Positions 51,049 through 61,741 of a stretch of 64,000 nt of DNA are shown in pieces (the first letter of the stretch is position 1; each line of letters begins with the position of its first letter). The notes beneath the pieces were generated by a model that was given only the letters and a program-made list of their open reading frames with translations, made no database searches and was not told where the DNA came from. The position numbers and the translations under genes were made by a program. This stretch comes from a virus (taxonomy: Duplodnaviria; Heunggongvirae; Uroviricota; Caudoviricetes): positions 33,127 to 97,126 of IMG/VR virus record IMGVR_UViG_2703718869_000013; one strand, given 5' to 3'.

Positions 51049-52167
51049 TTATTCAGCCGCCACCGGTTTTAACAAGCCAGCATCGAGCAGTTTACGCGTC
51101 AACCACTGCTGGCCTTTACCCGTTAATTGAGGCGTCAACCGTATCTGGTAGCCATCTTCATCATCCAGCACCACTTCTTTCACCGTGAAATACCCGGCGT
51201 TGATGTACTGCTGGAACGGCACATTTTTACGTCCACCGGACGCTATCAGGATGCCGTTCTCCCGTAACCAGACAAACAGCGCGTTTTGCTTAAGTCCAAC
51301 AACCTTTGCAAAATTCCCAATCAGGATCCCTTTAGCTACTGATACCCGGTCGGCAAAATCGACTTTAGGAGCGGCGGCCACCAGCTGCTGATTTAGCTGG
51401 TGGGCTTTCTGTTCCAGAAGTTGCTTTTGTTCAGCCAGTTCGGCAGCCAGGCGTAGGACTTCAGGAAGCGTCTGGGGGATTGCGATCGGTTGCTGTTCTT
51501 TTTGTCGGAAGTAGCTGTCTTCCAGTTTTTCAAAGAATGCCCATGCCTGATCGGTTTCGAGCATTTTAGCGTGGCGGGCTGCGCCGCGTTCTGTCCAGAG
51601 GGTGAGTGAGCGAACATTGCGAGCAATTTTTACAGAGTAGTTTAAAGCTACTCTGTGCTTCAACTCGCGCAATGATTCTCCTTCAACTTTGAAAAAGTGC
51701 TTCCCTTCAACAAAGCGTACTTTGTTCTCATGATGATTTTGGCGAATACGGATTGTTTCTGTCCCATACCCTCTCGCAAGAGTCTCGGTTGTCACTACAC
51801 GCACTCCCTGCCATTCCAGAACGGGAATTTCATCAGACTGATTCTGAACAACCACCAGCTCCGATTCCTGAACTGAAGGTGCATGAATTTTTTCTAATTT
51901 AACGTTATTTGCTTTCATTCTGTGTGCCTCCTTGCGTGCTTCGGCTGCGACGGTTGCGTAATTCAGATGACCCTGTTCGAGCAGGTATTCGCGGATATCA
52001 GACAACAGGATACGGTGAACCGCGTTCTTGTCCTTTCTCCGGTAAAGTTGTTTGGTGATCATGAAGTAGTTGGCAATAACGCCAGGTATATCCCTGGTGC
52101 TGATACAGATTGTGTGCTGTTCAATTGCCTCGATCATCTCTTCACGGGTGACTAATGACGTTCTCAT
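51049..52167 (-). CDS. ant: antirepressor Ant, type 2 (module D)
   Basis: 372 aa, close paralog of the module C Ant. Confidence 0.75.
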   Translation of the reverse strand: MRTSLVTREEMIEAIEQHTICISTRDIPGVIANYFMITKQLYRRKDKNAVHRILLSDIREYLLEQGHLNYATVAAEARKEAHRMKANNVKLEKIHAPSVQESELVVVQNQSDEIPVLEWQGVRVVTTETLARGYGTETIRIRQNHHENKVRFVEGKHFFKVEGESLRELKHRVALNYSVKIARNVRSLTLWTERGAARHAKMLETDQAWAFFEKLEDSYFRQKEQQPIAIPQTLPEVLRLAAELAEQKQLLEQKAHQLNQQLVAAAPKVDFADRVSVAKGILIGNFAKVVGLKQNALFVWLRENGILIASGGRKNVPFQQYINAGYFTVKEVVLDDEDGYQIRLTPQLTGKGQQWLTRKLLDAGLLKPVAAE

Positions 52168-52385
52168 AGTCCCTCCTGAGCAGAAGCGTTAACAGGGAGG
52201 CACCAGTAACTGAGAGAATTGCGTGAATCAGTGGAAAAACGGGCAGAGAAAATACATGGGGCGTCAGGAAGCTGAGAGCGAGCCTCATCTTCTGTTGGTG
52301 CAATAACGAAGTGATAGTGACGTTTTTGGCAGGAGTAAAAGCGCCAGATAAATTCAGGATGAGTTGGGGTAGGGATAGTAGCCAT
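52164..52385 (-). CDS. icd: Icd-like small protein (module D)
   Basis: 73 aa from MATIPTPTHPEFIWRF...; RBS AAGGAGG; the listed 187-aa ORF (to 52727) is an upstream read-through artefact. Confidence 0.55.
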   Translation of the reverse strand: MATIPTPTHPEFIWRFYSCQKRHYHFVIAPTEDEARSQLPDAPCIFSARFSTDSRNSLSYWCLPVNASAQEGL

Positions 52386-52469
52386 ATTGGCAGCCTCCTT
52401 AGACGTTGGTATGTAACCACCGCAGAAGAGACCAATCTTGCTGGCGGTGGACTGTACGGAGTTGGCCTT

Positions 52470-52530
52470 ACTGGCGTCCAAGGTAACCAGCCTACCCGAA
52501 GGTAGCCCCATACAGCCCACCATTGTAGAG
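52470..52530 (-). ncRNA. c4: divergent c4-like antisense RNA (module D), approximate ends
   Basis: Minus-strand core ggtgggctgtatggggctaccttcgggtaggctggtta; loop CTTGGACG can pair with CGTCTAAG at the icd RBS (one G-U wobble); GTCTAAG also upstream (plus 52581-52587). Confidence 0.45.
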
Positions 52531-52703
52531 GTGTGCGTGTACGCCGATACAAAAAAAGACGCGAGCGGCGTCTGTATCGCCTTAGACTTAAGCGGGAGGC
52601 CAATCCCGGCACCCGTTTTAATGAGGTGCCTGATAAGCATAAACCGAAAATGCCTCAAGGCGCAAGAGGTCAGGCTCAATGTAACATCGGTAGTTAAAAA
52701 ACA

Positions 52704-52720
52704 CAATTTATTAGAGCAAA
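52704..52720. promoter_or_regulatory. C1-operator-like site upstream of module D
   Basis: caatttattagagcaaa, 15 of 17 match to the operator consensus. Confidence 0.55.
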
Positions 52721-52723
52721 TAT

Positions 52724-54208
52724 TCATTCATTAAGCCATGCCAGAGCTTCATCAACCTGCGCTTCGTCTTCGACGCTAAGCACTTCATCCTGGGGAACAT
52801 AATCCGCCAGCATAGCGAAACAATATGTATCCCAATGGTCTGGTGAGTGCAGGTTGAGTTTTTTCTTCATATCCTCCTTACTCATCACTTTCCATTGACC
52901 TGCGGAGTTAATCCCTACAGGGATTTTCGACGCTTCCTCAATAGTTTCATTACCCTTATCCAGTCTCATACGACCAGATTTTACGGCCTCTGCGGCTTGA
53001 ACGTTGGCATAAGCACGTTTATCAAAGTACAGGCTCTTATCTTCACGGCTATGCATCTTTTTACCCCAGCGTATACGCTGTACGGTAATACCATAATACT
53101 CGTACATCAGATCCGCCGTTGCTTTACCCAGGCCATCGCCGTCTATCGCTATGGTGATATTTGGGAATCGCTCAGGATTACATTCTGCGAAAATTTTGGC
53201 GGCAAGCTGCGTTTCTGTAACGTCTGTGTATTCCAGCATTCGATAGTTGATTACACGGCGTTTATTTCGCTGGCCGGACACCATCATGATATTAATAACG
53301 GACTTATCTCGTCCTGTGCCACCAGCAACGTCAACACATGCAACCCAGCCCCATCCTTTGGCAATCTTGACTTTCCGCCGCGTTGCACGTTCAACCTCAT
53401 CACGTCCAAGAAGGAAGCCATCCTGTGATTTAGGAAATAGGCCGCGTACCTTAATCATGTACATAGGGTTATCACGCCCGCCGTACTCCGCCAGCTTCAT
53501 TTTGATAAATGCTGGCGTTACCAGCGGTGATTCCTCACTGTTAAGCGTGATCGCCGTATAAACGCCATCAGGGTTACCAGGCCGCTTGGCCAGTTTATGG
53601 TGAGTATCGTAGAAATAGCCGCTTGGGCGTGTAGGCTGTGACAGCAATAAGATGCGGTTATCCTGTCCGGTAAGAGCACCGGTGATGATACCGAAAGCTC
53701 TATCACTGACACCGGAGGCTTCATCGATAATATACAGAAGATGATCTGCGTGTTCACCTGCGAGAGCTTCTTCACTTCCCAGACGAAAGCCCTTCGGTAC
53801 TACAGTCCATACACCTTTACCAGTAACTTCATAAAAAGCGGTTTCTGTCAGAACAAAATAATCCGCAAGCCATGGAAAACGGCTGGTGGCCGTAGCCCAG
53901 TTTATCTTGATGTACTTGAATATACCGGTCATTACCTGCTGAATTTTGTTCGCAACGATAATGGCACGGGCACCGGGATACATGATTATGAACAACATGA
54001 TCATGATAGAAGTCATGTCTGATTTCCCGGTACCGTGACCAGACGAAACAGATGTCTTGCTACCCTGTTCCTGCACAGACTCAATAATCAGATCCTGCTG
54101 CCAGGTAGGTGTTTTGCCGAACAAAACATCAGCGGCCGCAATCCAGTCATAACGATATAGCGCCACCAGCTCGCGCCAACGTGGATCCGTTACGCAACTT
54201 CTGGCCAT
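52724..54208 (-). CDS. pacB: terminase large subunit (PacB-like)
   Basis: 494 aa; Walker A SGHGTGKS and Walker B-like IIDEAS; directly downstream of the pacA-like gene. Confidence 0.8.
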   Translation of the reverse strand: MARSCVTDPRWRELVALYRYDWIAAADVLFGKTPTWQQDLIIESVQEQGSKTSVSSGHGTGKSDMTSIMIMLFIIMYPGARAIIVANKIQQVMTGIFKYIKINWATATSRFPWLADYFVLTETAFYEVTGKGVWTVVPKGFRLGSEEALAGEHADHLLYIIDEASGVSDRAFGIITGALTGQDNRILLLSQPTRPSGYFYDTHHKLAKRPGNPDGVYTAITLNSEESPLVTPAFIKMKLAEYGGRDNPMYMIKVRGLFPKSQDGFLLGRDEVERATRRKVKIAKGWGWVACVDVAGGTGRDKSVINIMMVSGQRNKRRVINYRMLEYTDVTETQLAAKIFAECNPERFPNITIAIDGDGLGKATADLMYEYYGITVQRIRWGKKMHSREDKSLYFDKRAYANVQAAEAVKSGRMRLDKGNETIEEASKIPVGINSAGQWKVMSKEDMKKKLNLHSPDHWDTYCFAMLADYVPQDEVLSVEDEAQVDEALAWLNE

Positions 54209-55401
54209 TAATCATCATCCCCGTATAGCTTGCGGGTAACTTCTTCGTCTTCCTCCTCGTCTTCGTCCAGGTCTTGTTCCAGCCATGGTTCGTTTGATAC
54301 ACCTTCAGTATCAACATCTCCATAACCGCCTGTATCAACGATATCGGCGATTTCTTCCCTACGTTGCTCAATCCACAATGCAGCATCGGCGCGGCGGTTG
54401 GCGGCCCGTTCTCGCGCAACTTTGTCCAGATCTTCAAGAGAAGGGCCACCGACGGCAGTTTGCCTTTCCTCATCATCGGTATTTGTCTTAGGAGCACGCA
54501 GATCGGCTTTGATTTGTTCCAGCATCAGGGGCGGCACTTTCCCTCCATGCGCCTCGATGAATTCAGCCGCTTCCAGCACTGACCAGTTATTTTCACGCTT
54601 TCGTTCGTATGCCAGCTTAACAATGCCAGCTTGCCCCATAGATAAAGCGTGCTTTTCCGCCTCCCGGCTTTCTTTTCGATAGTTATTCCGGATGCTGTAA
54701 ATGGTGTTGATCAGGCTGCTTATCTGCGCGGAACAGCTGTTTAGCATGCTCGCGATACGGTATTCAGGCGGAGTACCTTCATCATCGGCTTTTTGCTGAT
54801 CGCGCATTTCCTGCACCAAGCGAATACACGTATCCCTGGCGTTCTCCAGCATAAGGAGATGAGAAAGAGACTTTTCAAGAAGAGTGGTTTCCAGAACATC
54901 GGCCCCGGACCGACGCAACATAGCGCGCGCGGCCTTCCGCGCTTCAACGTTATCTATCAGGTAATCGCCAGCTTCAAATTCAAAGCGTTCACCATCATCA
55001 TCCAGGGTGTCGCGTTCCAGGCGATCACGTAAGGTCCGGTGGGCGCGGGTGATCACGTCATGATCATCTGAACGATCATTTATGCGCTTATTTTGGCGCT
55101 TCGCATTCTCTACTGCGGCACTGACAACGGCATTAACTCTTTGTTTTTCCGCTATTTCCGCCGCAATGTGATCACCTGAATGTTGATCATTAGAGTGATC
55201 AATGATCATGCTTTTTAGTGGCTTCCTGACTGGCTTATTTGGCTTGCGGCTGTCCGCAGTCCTGGTGTCTTCTTTGAAGGCACGGAGATAACGACGTGCG
55301 GTATTAGGGTTAAGATTAAACTCGGCGGCATACTGTGCGATGGTGTAACCACCATCTCGCGCCAGGCGAGCAAAATTCTTTTTGTGATCGTCCCAGGTCA
55401 C
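54208..55401 (-). CDS. pacA: terminase small subunit / pac-recognition protein (PacA-like)
   Basis: 397 aa; contains the clustered TGATCA hexamers characteristic of the P1 pac site within its coding sequence. Confidence 0.75.
   Translation of the reverse strand: MTWDDHKKNFARLARDGGYTIAQYAAEFNLNPNTARRYLRAFKEDTRTADSRKPNKPVRKPLKSMIIDHSNDQHSGDHIAAEIAEKQRVNAVVSAAVENAKRQNKRINDRSDDHDVITRAHRTLRDRLERDTLDDDGERFEFEAGDYLIDNVEARKAARAMLRRSGADVLETTLLEKSLSHLLMLENARDTCIRLVQEMRDQQKADDEGTPPEYRIASMLNSCSAQISSLINTIYSIRNNYRKESREAEKHALSMGQAGIVKLAYERKRENNWSVLEAAEFIEAHGGKVPPLMLEQIKADLRAPKTNTDDEERQTAVGGPSLEDLDKVARERAANRRADAALWIEQRREEIADIVDTGGYGDVDTEGVSNEPWLEQDLDEDEEEDEEVTRKLYGDDD
55022..55208. other. pac: pac packaging site: two clusters of four TGATCA/CGATCA hexamers
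   Basis: Hexamers at 55022, 55050, 55061, 55073 and at 55169, 55184, 55196, 55203, each containing a Dam GATC site. Confidence 0.7.
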
Positions 55402-55486
55402 TTATGCTTCCTTTCGTAAAAACTCTTTTTGACGCGAGGGTAACGAAAGTCACATGTCAAAAGGCCCGGAACGGGCAAGCAATCAA

Positions 55487-55939
55487 TCAGATACGTGCAG
55501 ATGTGGCATTACCGTAATGACGGTGCTGACGGGCCACCTTATTGAAAAGTTGACGCGCCATTACCCAAGGCTGGTGCTCCCGGCGTTCCTTTTCGTCCTG
55601 CGTCATATAGAGTTCGTTCTGGAGTTTTTCATCAAACCGGCGCGGAGCGCGGCTACGGCGAAAGAATTCAGGATTCAGAGAGTGGATCTGAAATCTACGT
55701 GGGCGTGTACTGTCATCAATCAAAACAGACGAATACTTAGACACAGCGATAGCCTTTAAGCGCAGATAAACATCGCGCTTATCGACATCCAGATGCGGGT
55801 ATTCCTTTTCAAGAATTGCTGCGAGTTCTTTCGCTGATAGAAGAGATTTAGTGCGGATCATGTAATCCGCAATCTCGTACGATGTTATTCGTGAGTGATT
55901 TATTTCCATGAAGTGGCGTCCCTGCCAGTTAAGTAACAT
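55487..55939 (-). CDS. lpa: Lpa-like late promoter activator
   Basis: 150 aa basic protein upstream of pacA, preceded by a C1-operator-like site; identification by position and size. Confidence 0.5.
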   Translation of the reverse strand: MLLNWQGRHFMEINHSRITSYEIADYMIRTKSLLSAKELAAILEKEYPHLDVDKRDVYLRLKAIAVSKYSSVLIDDSTRPRRFQIHSLNPEFFRRSRAPRRFDEKLQNELYMTQDEKERREHQPWVMARQLFNKVARQHRHYGNATSARI

Positions 55940-56009
55940 CCTGTCACCTACTGATTAGCCCATGTCAACTAATCAACGTCGAATATAATACCCTCGATTA
56001 AAGAAATAG

Positions 56010-56026
56010 CAATACATTAGAGCAAT
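56010..56026. promoter_or_regulatory. C1-operator-like site upstream of lpa
   Basis: caatacattagagcaat, 14 of 17 match to the operator consensus. Confidence 0.4.
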
Positions 56027-56027
56027 T

Positions 56028-57071
56028 TTATCTAACGCTCGACGAGTGACTTGTGATAGCGCCAACTCCAAGCGCGTAATCAAAGAACAATCGTTGATGC
56101 ATCGCCAGCCTACCGTGCGTCTTCTCCCAATTATCGCGGTCACGCTCAATATCACGCTGGCATGACTGGCACAGAGGAATAGCATAAATGTCATGCGCGC
56201 ATAATCGACTATGACGAACGATATAAGGCGTAATGTGAGCGACAGCTCCCGCAGCTCCACAGCCACAGCATGGACGGGAAGCCACAAAGTCCATGTACTC
56301 GGGCAATTTTAGCGATTGAAGTTTTGGTATTTTGAAATGCGCCATGCCAGGGTCGGAGTCAACATCCACAGGGCATACTTTTGCACGCATCGGCGCGGCG
56401 CGTTCTTCCATCATCTGAACATATGCTGTAGCGCGATCGTCATACGGGCGAATATCCGCCTCTTTCAGAGGTCCGCTATCCTGCGTTGCGGCTTTCATCT
56501 TATTTATTGATATACGGCAAACTTCTTCCGGCATCAGGTGCATCATGTTGCGCATGAAAGCCCACCAGCACAGTTCCTGAATACTTAAATCATGGCCATC
56601 TGAAAGCCCCATTTCCTGACGGGCGACATCCAGTATCCAGTTAACGCGATTATTATGCAGCGTTTCTTTCAGCTCATTAAAACCACGCATCCGGTAATGG
56701 TTATCGTGATGCCAGCACAACAACACCGCGCTATTGTCTCGTTCTGCGTGGACAATATGGTTGTCACACCAGCTACGATCTGCGGCCTGGCATTGTCCCT
56801 CTTTCCTGCGCAACCACGCCACCAGCGCGTCAATTCCACCAATACGGCGAAACAGTTCATCGCTGTTAAAAAACGGCTGCAACGCCTCATTTGTTGCCAT
56901 GGTTTGCTCGGTAACAACGAGGCCGTCTTCCATGTGCTCGATTAACTCACGCGGCACCGGCTCCATAATAAATTTACGGCCAGCCTCCACCAGCTTTCTG
57001 ACCTCCTGATCCACTTTGAACGTGGCGAGGCCAAGCTCTTTCTGTACAAAGGGAGTAATTACGGCTTTCAC
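56028..57071 (-). CDS. PdcB-like protein (post-doc region)
   Basis: 347 aa, Cys/His-rich; located between doc and lpa. Confidence 0.4.
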   Translation of the reverse strand: MKAVITPFVQKELGLATFKVDQEVRKLVEAGRKFIMEPVPRELIEHMEDGLVVTEQTMATNEALQPFFNSDELFRRIGGIDALVAWLRRKEGQCQAADRSWCDNHIVHAERDNSAVLLCWHHDNHYRMRGFNELKETLHNNRVNWILDVARQEMGLSDGHDLSIQELCWWAFMRNMMHLMPEEVCRISINKMKAATQDSGPLKEADIRPYDDRATAYVQMMEERAAPMRAKVCPVDVDSDPGMAHFKIPKLQSLKLPEYMDFVASRPCCGCGAAGAVAHITPYIVRHSRLCAHDIYAIPLCQSCQRDIERDRDNWEKTHGRLAMHQRLFFDYALGVGAITSHSSSVR

Positions 57072-57098
57072 ATCACACCTTTCATCACTGATTGGGCT

Positions 57099-57299
57099 TT
57101 ATCTGCTGCCCGGCATTCTCTGTTTAAGCACAACCATTTCCTGACGGCATAACACAGCAATAGCGGTCCTGGCACCAATTTGCTTACCAACCAGGTATTG
57201 CTTTACCTTGCGGCGACTCACGCCATCAAGAAGCATCTTTAACGCTTCACGGGACAATTTGTTGTATTTGCGTGCCATTAATCTACTCCGCAGAGCCAT
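57099..57299 (-). CDS. small basic protein (PdcA-like)
   Basis: 66 aa ORF overlapping the doc 3' end. Confidence 0.25.
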
Positions 57300-57663
57300 A
57301 CAATCTACGTAACGTGTCGGCGACAGAAGATACAGATATCTCGCCAGTCGCAGCGCCTACAGTAAGGTCTGCCAGTTCAGGTGAATCAAATACCTGCACC
57401 CCGTTACGGCGTAGAAATAGCAGCGCACTGTTTAGCGCGGTACGCTTATTGGCATCATTGAATATATGCCCTCTCGCTGTAGCCACAAGGTAGGTGGCGG
57501 AGACTTCGAAAAGGTCGGTGATCTCTTCGTAGGCAACTCTGGCCTGAACTCTCCCGATAATGGCCTCTGCCCTACCCGGATCTGACATTCCCGGCAGGCC
57601 GCCGTAGCGGCTTATATTCGCATCATGAAGCGCAATAAGTTCTTCCGGTGATATATGCCTCAT
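57283..57663 (-). CDS. doc: Doc toxin (Fic-fold kinase) of the phd-doc addiction module
   Basis: 126 aa, [40 protein letters not shown]..., matches P1 Doc. Confidence 0.92.
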
Positions 57664-57884
57664 TATCGGTTAACCAGTTCCTTGTTGGTGGAGTCCAGGG
57701 TGTCAAACAGGGATGCAAATTCAGCATCCAGCGCCGCTTTTTTGTAGGCTTCGAAAGTAGCCTTGCTGACAATTACTGCTGGCTCACGGCCTCTGCGGGT
57801 GATTTCAACCTCTTCCCCGGCTTCAACATTGTTGAGCACTTCAGAAAGGTTGCCGCGCGCGGTACGGAAGTTAATGGATTGCAT
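57663..57884 (-). CDS. phd: Phd antitoxin
   Basis: 73 aa from [39 protein letters not shown]..., matches P1 Phd; stop overlaps the doc start. The listed ORF starts two codons earlier. Confidence 0.92.
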
Positions 57885-57956
57885 AAACACCTCGTGTACT
57901 CGTTATGTGTACACAATTATAAACTTCACAGGCATAAAGCACCAGCACTTTGCAGC

Positions 57957-58346
57957 TTAAATCACCGGACAATCATCAAATTCCCCACTTCGGGCATCAT
58001 TGATGACATGAGTGATCACACCAAAAACAGCATTACTGCACGTGTATCCATCGTCATCTACTGGTAATGCCTCTTTCTTCCCGGTGCTTAAATCCTCCAG
58101 GTGCTGGCGCGGATACTTCCTGTATCTCTTTATGCGATATTCACCCTCCATAGCGCACACAAGCAGAGAACCATCAACCGGAGTAAGCGAGGAATCAACC
58201 ACCAGCAAAGCACCCCGCAATATTCCCTCACGGTGATGGCTATCAGCTGCCCGCATGAAGTAGGTTGCTGATGGATGCCTGATTAGTTGCTGATCAAGAG
58301 AAATTCGGCTTTCAACATAATCCGCCGCAGGAGAAGGGAAGCCCAT
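57957..58346 (-). CDS. humD: HumD (UmuD-like, LexA/S24 peptidase family)
   Basis: 129 aa with S24 autopeptidase-like region (CAMEGEYRIKRYRK); LexA box 20 bp upstream. Confidence 0.75.
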   Translation of the reverse strand: MGFPSPAADYVESRISLDQQLIRHPSATYFMRAADSHHREGILRGALLVVDSSLTPVDGSLLVCAMEGEYRIKRYRKYPRQHLEDLSTGKKEALPVDDDGYTCSNAVFGVITHVINDARSGEFDDCPVI

Positions 58347-58365
58347 AGCGTTTTCACCTCAATAA

Positions 58366-58385
58366 TACTGTTCATTTATACAGTA
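58366..58385. promoter_or_regulatory. LexA (SOS) box
   Basis: TACTGTTCATTTATACAGTA = CTGT-N8-ACAG palindrome in the humD / 58521 divergent promoter region. Confidence 0.75.
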
Positions 58386-58520
58386 TACATTAAAGAGACA
58401 CCTTTGGTGCAAACGCGTTACGTACATCAACCACCGCTGATGATTTTGTGCTCTTTGCTACTATTCATCACCAACGGATCAGCGTAACCTCGTTGCCAAT
58501 CAGTTAATAAGGAATTAGCT

Positions 58521-58931
58521 ATGCCTAATCGCATTCCTCTCGATCCTGTATTGCCCAAAAATTTTGACTGCACTCCTAACGAGAAACGCTCTAAAGCTCA
58601 GCTGGACGCCTGGTGGGACCATCCCTATGGGGTTACAGAACATGACGGGAAAATTGTTGTTTATTGTCTGAATGGTGGTGCGTGGGACCGTCCATCCGTG
58701 CTTGGTTTGGCAAATAACTATGATGAAGCCTGTGAACTTGCCGAAAGACAGCAGGCTAGATGGGTGAAAACACGGTCACAGCCGACATTCATGTTTTCAA
58801 AAGAACCGCCATTTATACTGGCGAGGATGCCGCAGCGACCGGATCATCAACAAGAAATTGTTGCTGAATTTTCCTCAAGGGATGAGATGAATCTCTTCTC
58901 ATTAAAGCAGGAAGAAAGGGAGCGCGTCTAA
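58521..58931 (+). CDS. hypothetical protein divergent from humD (possibly SOS-regulated)
   Basis: 136 aa ORF with RBS; shares the LexA-box-containing intergenic region. Confidence 0.45.
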   Translation: MPNRIPLDPVLPKNFDCTPNEKRSKAQLDAWWDHPYGVTEHDGKIVVYCLNGGAWDRPSVLGLANNYDEACELAERQQARWVKTRSQPTFMFSKEPPFILARMPQRPDHQQEIVAEFSSRDEMNLFSLKQEERERV

Positions 58932-59167
58932 GTGTCTCCAACTCTCGACCACAACCGGATGAACATGGCCCAGCTCGCCTGGTACAGCAAAGAATTAGAT
59001 ATGTCTATTGCCCGGCTTGAAAACGAAAAAGCCGCTATCCAAGCCCAGCATGAAGGGGTAGTAACCGGGTAGCTACGAGAACTGCCAACTATTCGGAAAA
59101 ACGTACGCTAATTAGCGTACGTTTTCATTCCATTGGGCTTCAGACGCCTTCACCGTCTTGTTCTTTG

Positions 59168-60097
59168 CTACGGATATTCGTAATGCATGTTTTCATCCGG
59201 ATAAGGGTTGTCAAACGCATTTGCAGAAACACGGATCGTCAAATTATCCGATAATCCTTCGATCATCTCCAAAATCTCAGGCGGACAACTTTTGTCAAAG
59301 GTCAACACAAAGTCATAGATCAAACCGTCATCACTACTGTTTTCCTGTGTGTCCCATTCCAGCAATTCAAGATCTTCGTCTGTTATGCCAAGCTCCGCTG
59401 CCAGTCTGCTCTGAGGAGGTTTGCCATACTTTAGCTCCGGGTCAACCCTGTCGTCATTGACGCAGCCTCCAGCTTCAAGCTCGAAATCGTAAAAACCGCG
59501 CTTGCCAGCCATGCGGGGCAATATCACCTTCACAACTATATCAAGGGTGTCACCACAGAACGGCCTATCGTCCAGTGTCTCGCCCTTGTACTGGATTTTG
59601 GCAATAGCCACCAATTTGTCACCACGATCCTCGATTTGCACATCGTCATAATAAGCATCGAAAAATTCCGCATTGGTTTCAGCCATCAAACCGGAAAGCT
59701 GGTCATCTATAAGAGATTGGCAATCGGGTAGTAAGACTTCGACAATATAGTTTTCCAGTGTGTCATGGATCCAGACATTTCCACCACATAGCCCTTCACT
59801 GGTAAGCATGTCTGATAGAAGCCTGGCGAGGTCAATTGACTGGGTAAGGTCATTTGGCAAACCGTTGAGTTTCGAGCGTCTGTCATTCATCAACGGTATA
59901 TCAGGAATGAAGATATATGCCTCTTCGAGCTGAACCAGCGGGTAGGTCTTCTCGGCCATGAGTGCCGCATGGCTCTTGTAACCGAAAAATGCTGCAACCA
60001 GCTCTCTTGCATGTGAAGCTTTTAGTTTTTCAGTGGATTGGGAAACATGATTTTGACGTAGGAAATCTGCGCAAAGTTTTGAGAGATCGGTACTCAT
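59168..60097 (-). CDS. hypothetical acidic protein
   Basis: 309 aa, D/E-rich; no family recognised. Confidence 0.45.
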   Translation of the reverse strand: MSTDLSKLCADFLRQNHVSQSTEKLKASHARELVAAFFGYKSHAALMAEKTYPLVQLEEAYIFIPDIPLMNDRRSKLNGLPNDLTQSIDLARLLSDMLTSEGLCGGNVWIHDTLENYIVEVLLPDCQSLIDDQLSGLMAETNAEFFDAYYDDVQIEDRGDKLVAIAKIQYKGETLDDRPFCGDTLDIVVKVILPRMAGKRGFYDFELEAGGCVNDDRVDPELKYGKPPQSRLAAELGITDEDLELLEWDTQENSSDDGLIYDFVLTFDKSCPPEILEMIEGLSDNLTIRVSANAFDNPYPDENMHYEYP

Positions 60098-60591
60098 AGT
60101 AGTGATCCTGTCTTAACAATGCTGGACTTTAAAAGTAGTGGTAAGTGTTTAAGTCACTACGCTTGCCAGCATGGTTAATAAAGATCAACTGTCATTGGCA
60201 GGTAGTTCGATTTGCTGTCTTTTAGGTCACTTACAGCCTTGGCAATCAGCTCCGATACCTAAGATACCAGAATGGCCGATTTTAGCAAGACGAATAAATG
60301 ATGCTTTCAGCTAGCCATGTCCTAGCATGGCCAGATTTTGGGTGTTCGTATTTATTTCATTGACCAGCAATATAATCGTTAATCTGGTTACTCGGAGACG
60401 GGCTGCAACATCGAGCGCAGCGCGTGAAGGTGGAAGGATAAAAGTTGGCAGTTATCTCAGCTACCCGGTCACTCTCCCATGAAGTAGTTCTGAACCGGAT
60501 TAGAGAAATGCAAAACGATAACAGAGGCTAAATCGAGGTAGAAAACACATTATTTAAGGCCACTAATTGTGGCCTTAAAGGGGAGAGATGC

Positions 60592-61146
60592 TTATTGGCT
60601 ATGGCTAAAAATCAAATGAGACACTTCATTTGGTTGTAGCTCGTCAAGATCCGGGGCCACAAAACCTTTTCCGAAAGACTTCACAAGAGATTCACCAGCC
60701 GCATCATTGTCACCTATTACACGAAAGTCATACGGCAGCATCGCAAGTTGACGGCGTAATCCTGCGGAGAAAGTCGAACCTAACAGCGCCCACGAATTGC
60801 CGCCCGCATTGTGTACAGCTGCGCTCTTAAAAATAGACTCAGTTATCCATATTGGGCCATCTTTTAAAGGAAGATAGGTTCCCCAAAGTAACTGTCTGCC
60901 GTGTGATCGCGTGAAATACCGGGCCATCTTCGGATTGCTATGCTGCTTAGGAGCACCTGGTCTATATGTCTGATACCCAGCCAACATCCCATCAAACCTG
61001 TATAGAGGGAATGTAACTACTCCTTCGCTTTCATCGATCCACTGTCTATATGGGTGTATATCATGGCGGTAGTTACGAGTTAGCAAATGAGCTTCCAGCT
61101 TTCCAAATTTTGTCATAATTCCGTTCTTCCTGGCTTTTAGCTGCAA
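60592..61146 (-). CDS. hypothetical protein with a possible Toprim-like motif
   Basis: 184 aa; ITESIF (Glu) and VIGDNDAAGE (DxD) are reminiscent of Toprim catalytic motifs; weak evidence. Confidence 0.35.
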   Translation of the reverse strand: MQLKARKNGIMTKFGKLEAHLLTRNYRHDIHPYRQWIDESEGVVTFPLYRFDGMLAGYQTYRPGAPKQHSNPKMARYFTRSHGRQLLWGTYLPLKDGPIWITESIFKSAAVHNAGGNSWALLGSTFSAGLRRQLAMLPYDFRVIGDNDAAGESLVKSFGKGFVAPDLDELQPNEVSHLIFSHSQ

Positions 61147-61164
61147 TATTGCAGTTGCTCATGT

Positions 61165-61431
61165 TTAAAGCTCACATTTCCAGATGGTATTCTGAACACC
61201 CGAACCGGGAGCGAGATGGGGATTAGCATTCGCGCTATGCTGATATACAGCTTTAGACTTCCCATATTGCTGACAGGCTTTATCTGCGGTTTTTTGCAGG
61301 CTATCCAGGCCATACCAACCATCTGACTGTATGCTTACCTTTTCACCGTCGTTGTATTGCACCATTGCGCACCCAGATATAGCCAGTATCGCGCCGACAA
61401 TAACGCTTTTCCATAAAACTCTATGCAACAT
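61165..61431 (-). CDS. lipoprotein
   Basis: Signal peptide with lipobox (VIVGAILAISGC); Met at 61431 likely start; the listed ORF extends to 61437. Confidence 0.55.
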   Translation of the reverse strand: MLHRVLWKSVIVGAILAISGCAMVQYNDGEKVSIQSDGWYGLDSLQKTADKACQQYGKSKAVYQHSANANPHLAPGSGVQNTIWKCEL

Positions 61432-61476
61432 ATACAAAAATCCCCTCTGTGAATTGAGGGGATTTTAGCATGGTGA

Positions 61477-61737
61477 TCAGACATCAGCTTTATGCAGAAT
61501 TTTATCCACCAGCGATGTGATTTTTTCTGCCAGGTCATCATTACTTACCCAATCCTGGCGGGCAGCCAGAACGGGCGACAAGGCTAATATTAACTCTCGT
61601 CGTAATGATACGTTCCTTGCTACAGGCGGAATACGTGGTGCTGGTGGTGGTTTAAGCCCCTCACTCCCTTGTATTTCTGGAGTATTCGGCTGATAGCCAT
61701 TAGTTATTTTCGGCGGTATTGGACGAGGACGAAACAT
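61477..61737 (-). CDS. proline-rich small protein
   Basis: 86 aa from ATG at 61737 preceded by GGAGG; PRPIPPKIT...KPPPAPRIPP; the listed ORF extends to 61857. Confidence 0.45.
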   Translation of the reverse strand: MFRPRPIPPKITNGYQPNTPEIQGSEGLKPPPAPRIPPVARNVSLRRELILALSPVLAARQDWVSNDDLAEKITSLVDKILHKADV

Positions 61738-61741
61738 CGCG

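Noticed and set aside
52164-52727. 187-aa ORF on the minus strand upstream of ant D
   Set aside because: Only the last 73 codons (from MATIPTP, with RBS) correspond to the conserved icd-like gene; the N-terminal extension runs through the c4-like RNA, terminator hairpin and operator and is a read-through artefact.
55973-56287. 104-aa minus-strand ORF spanning the lpa upstream region
   Set aside because: Overlaps the 3' end of the pdcB-like gene in another frame and contains the operator-like site; more likely non-coding regulatory DNA.
60100-60590. Possible tRNA gene (a TTCGATT T-loop-like sequence near 60210)
   Set aside because: Flanking bases do not form a T-stem or acceptor stem; no cloverleaf could be built by eye.
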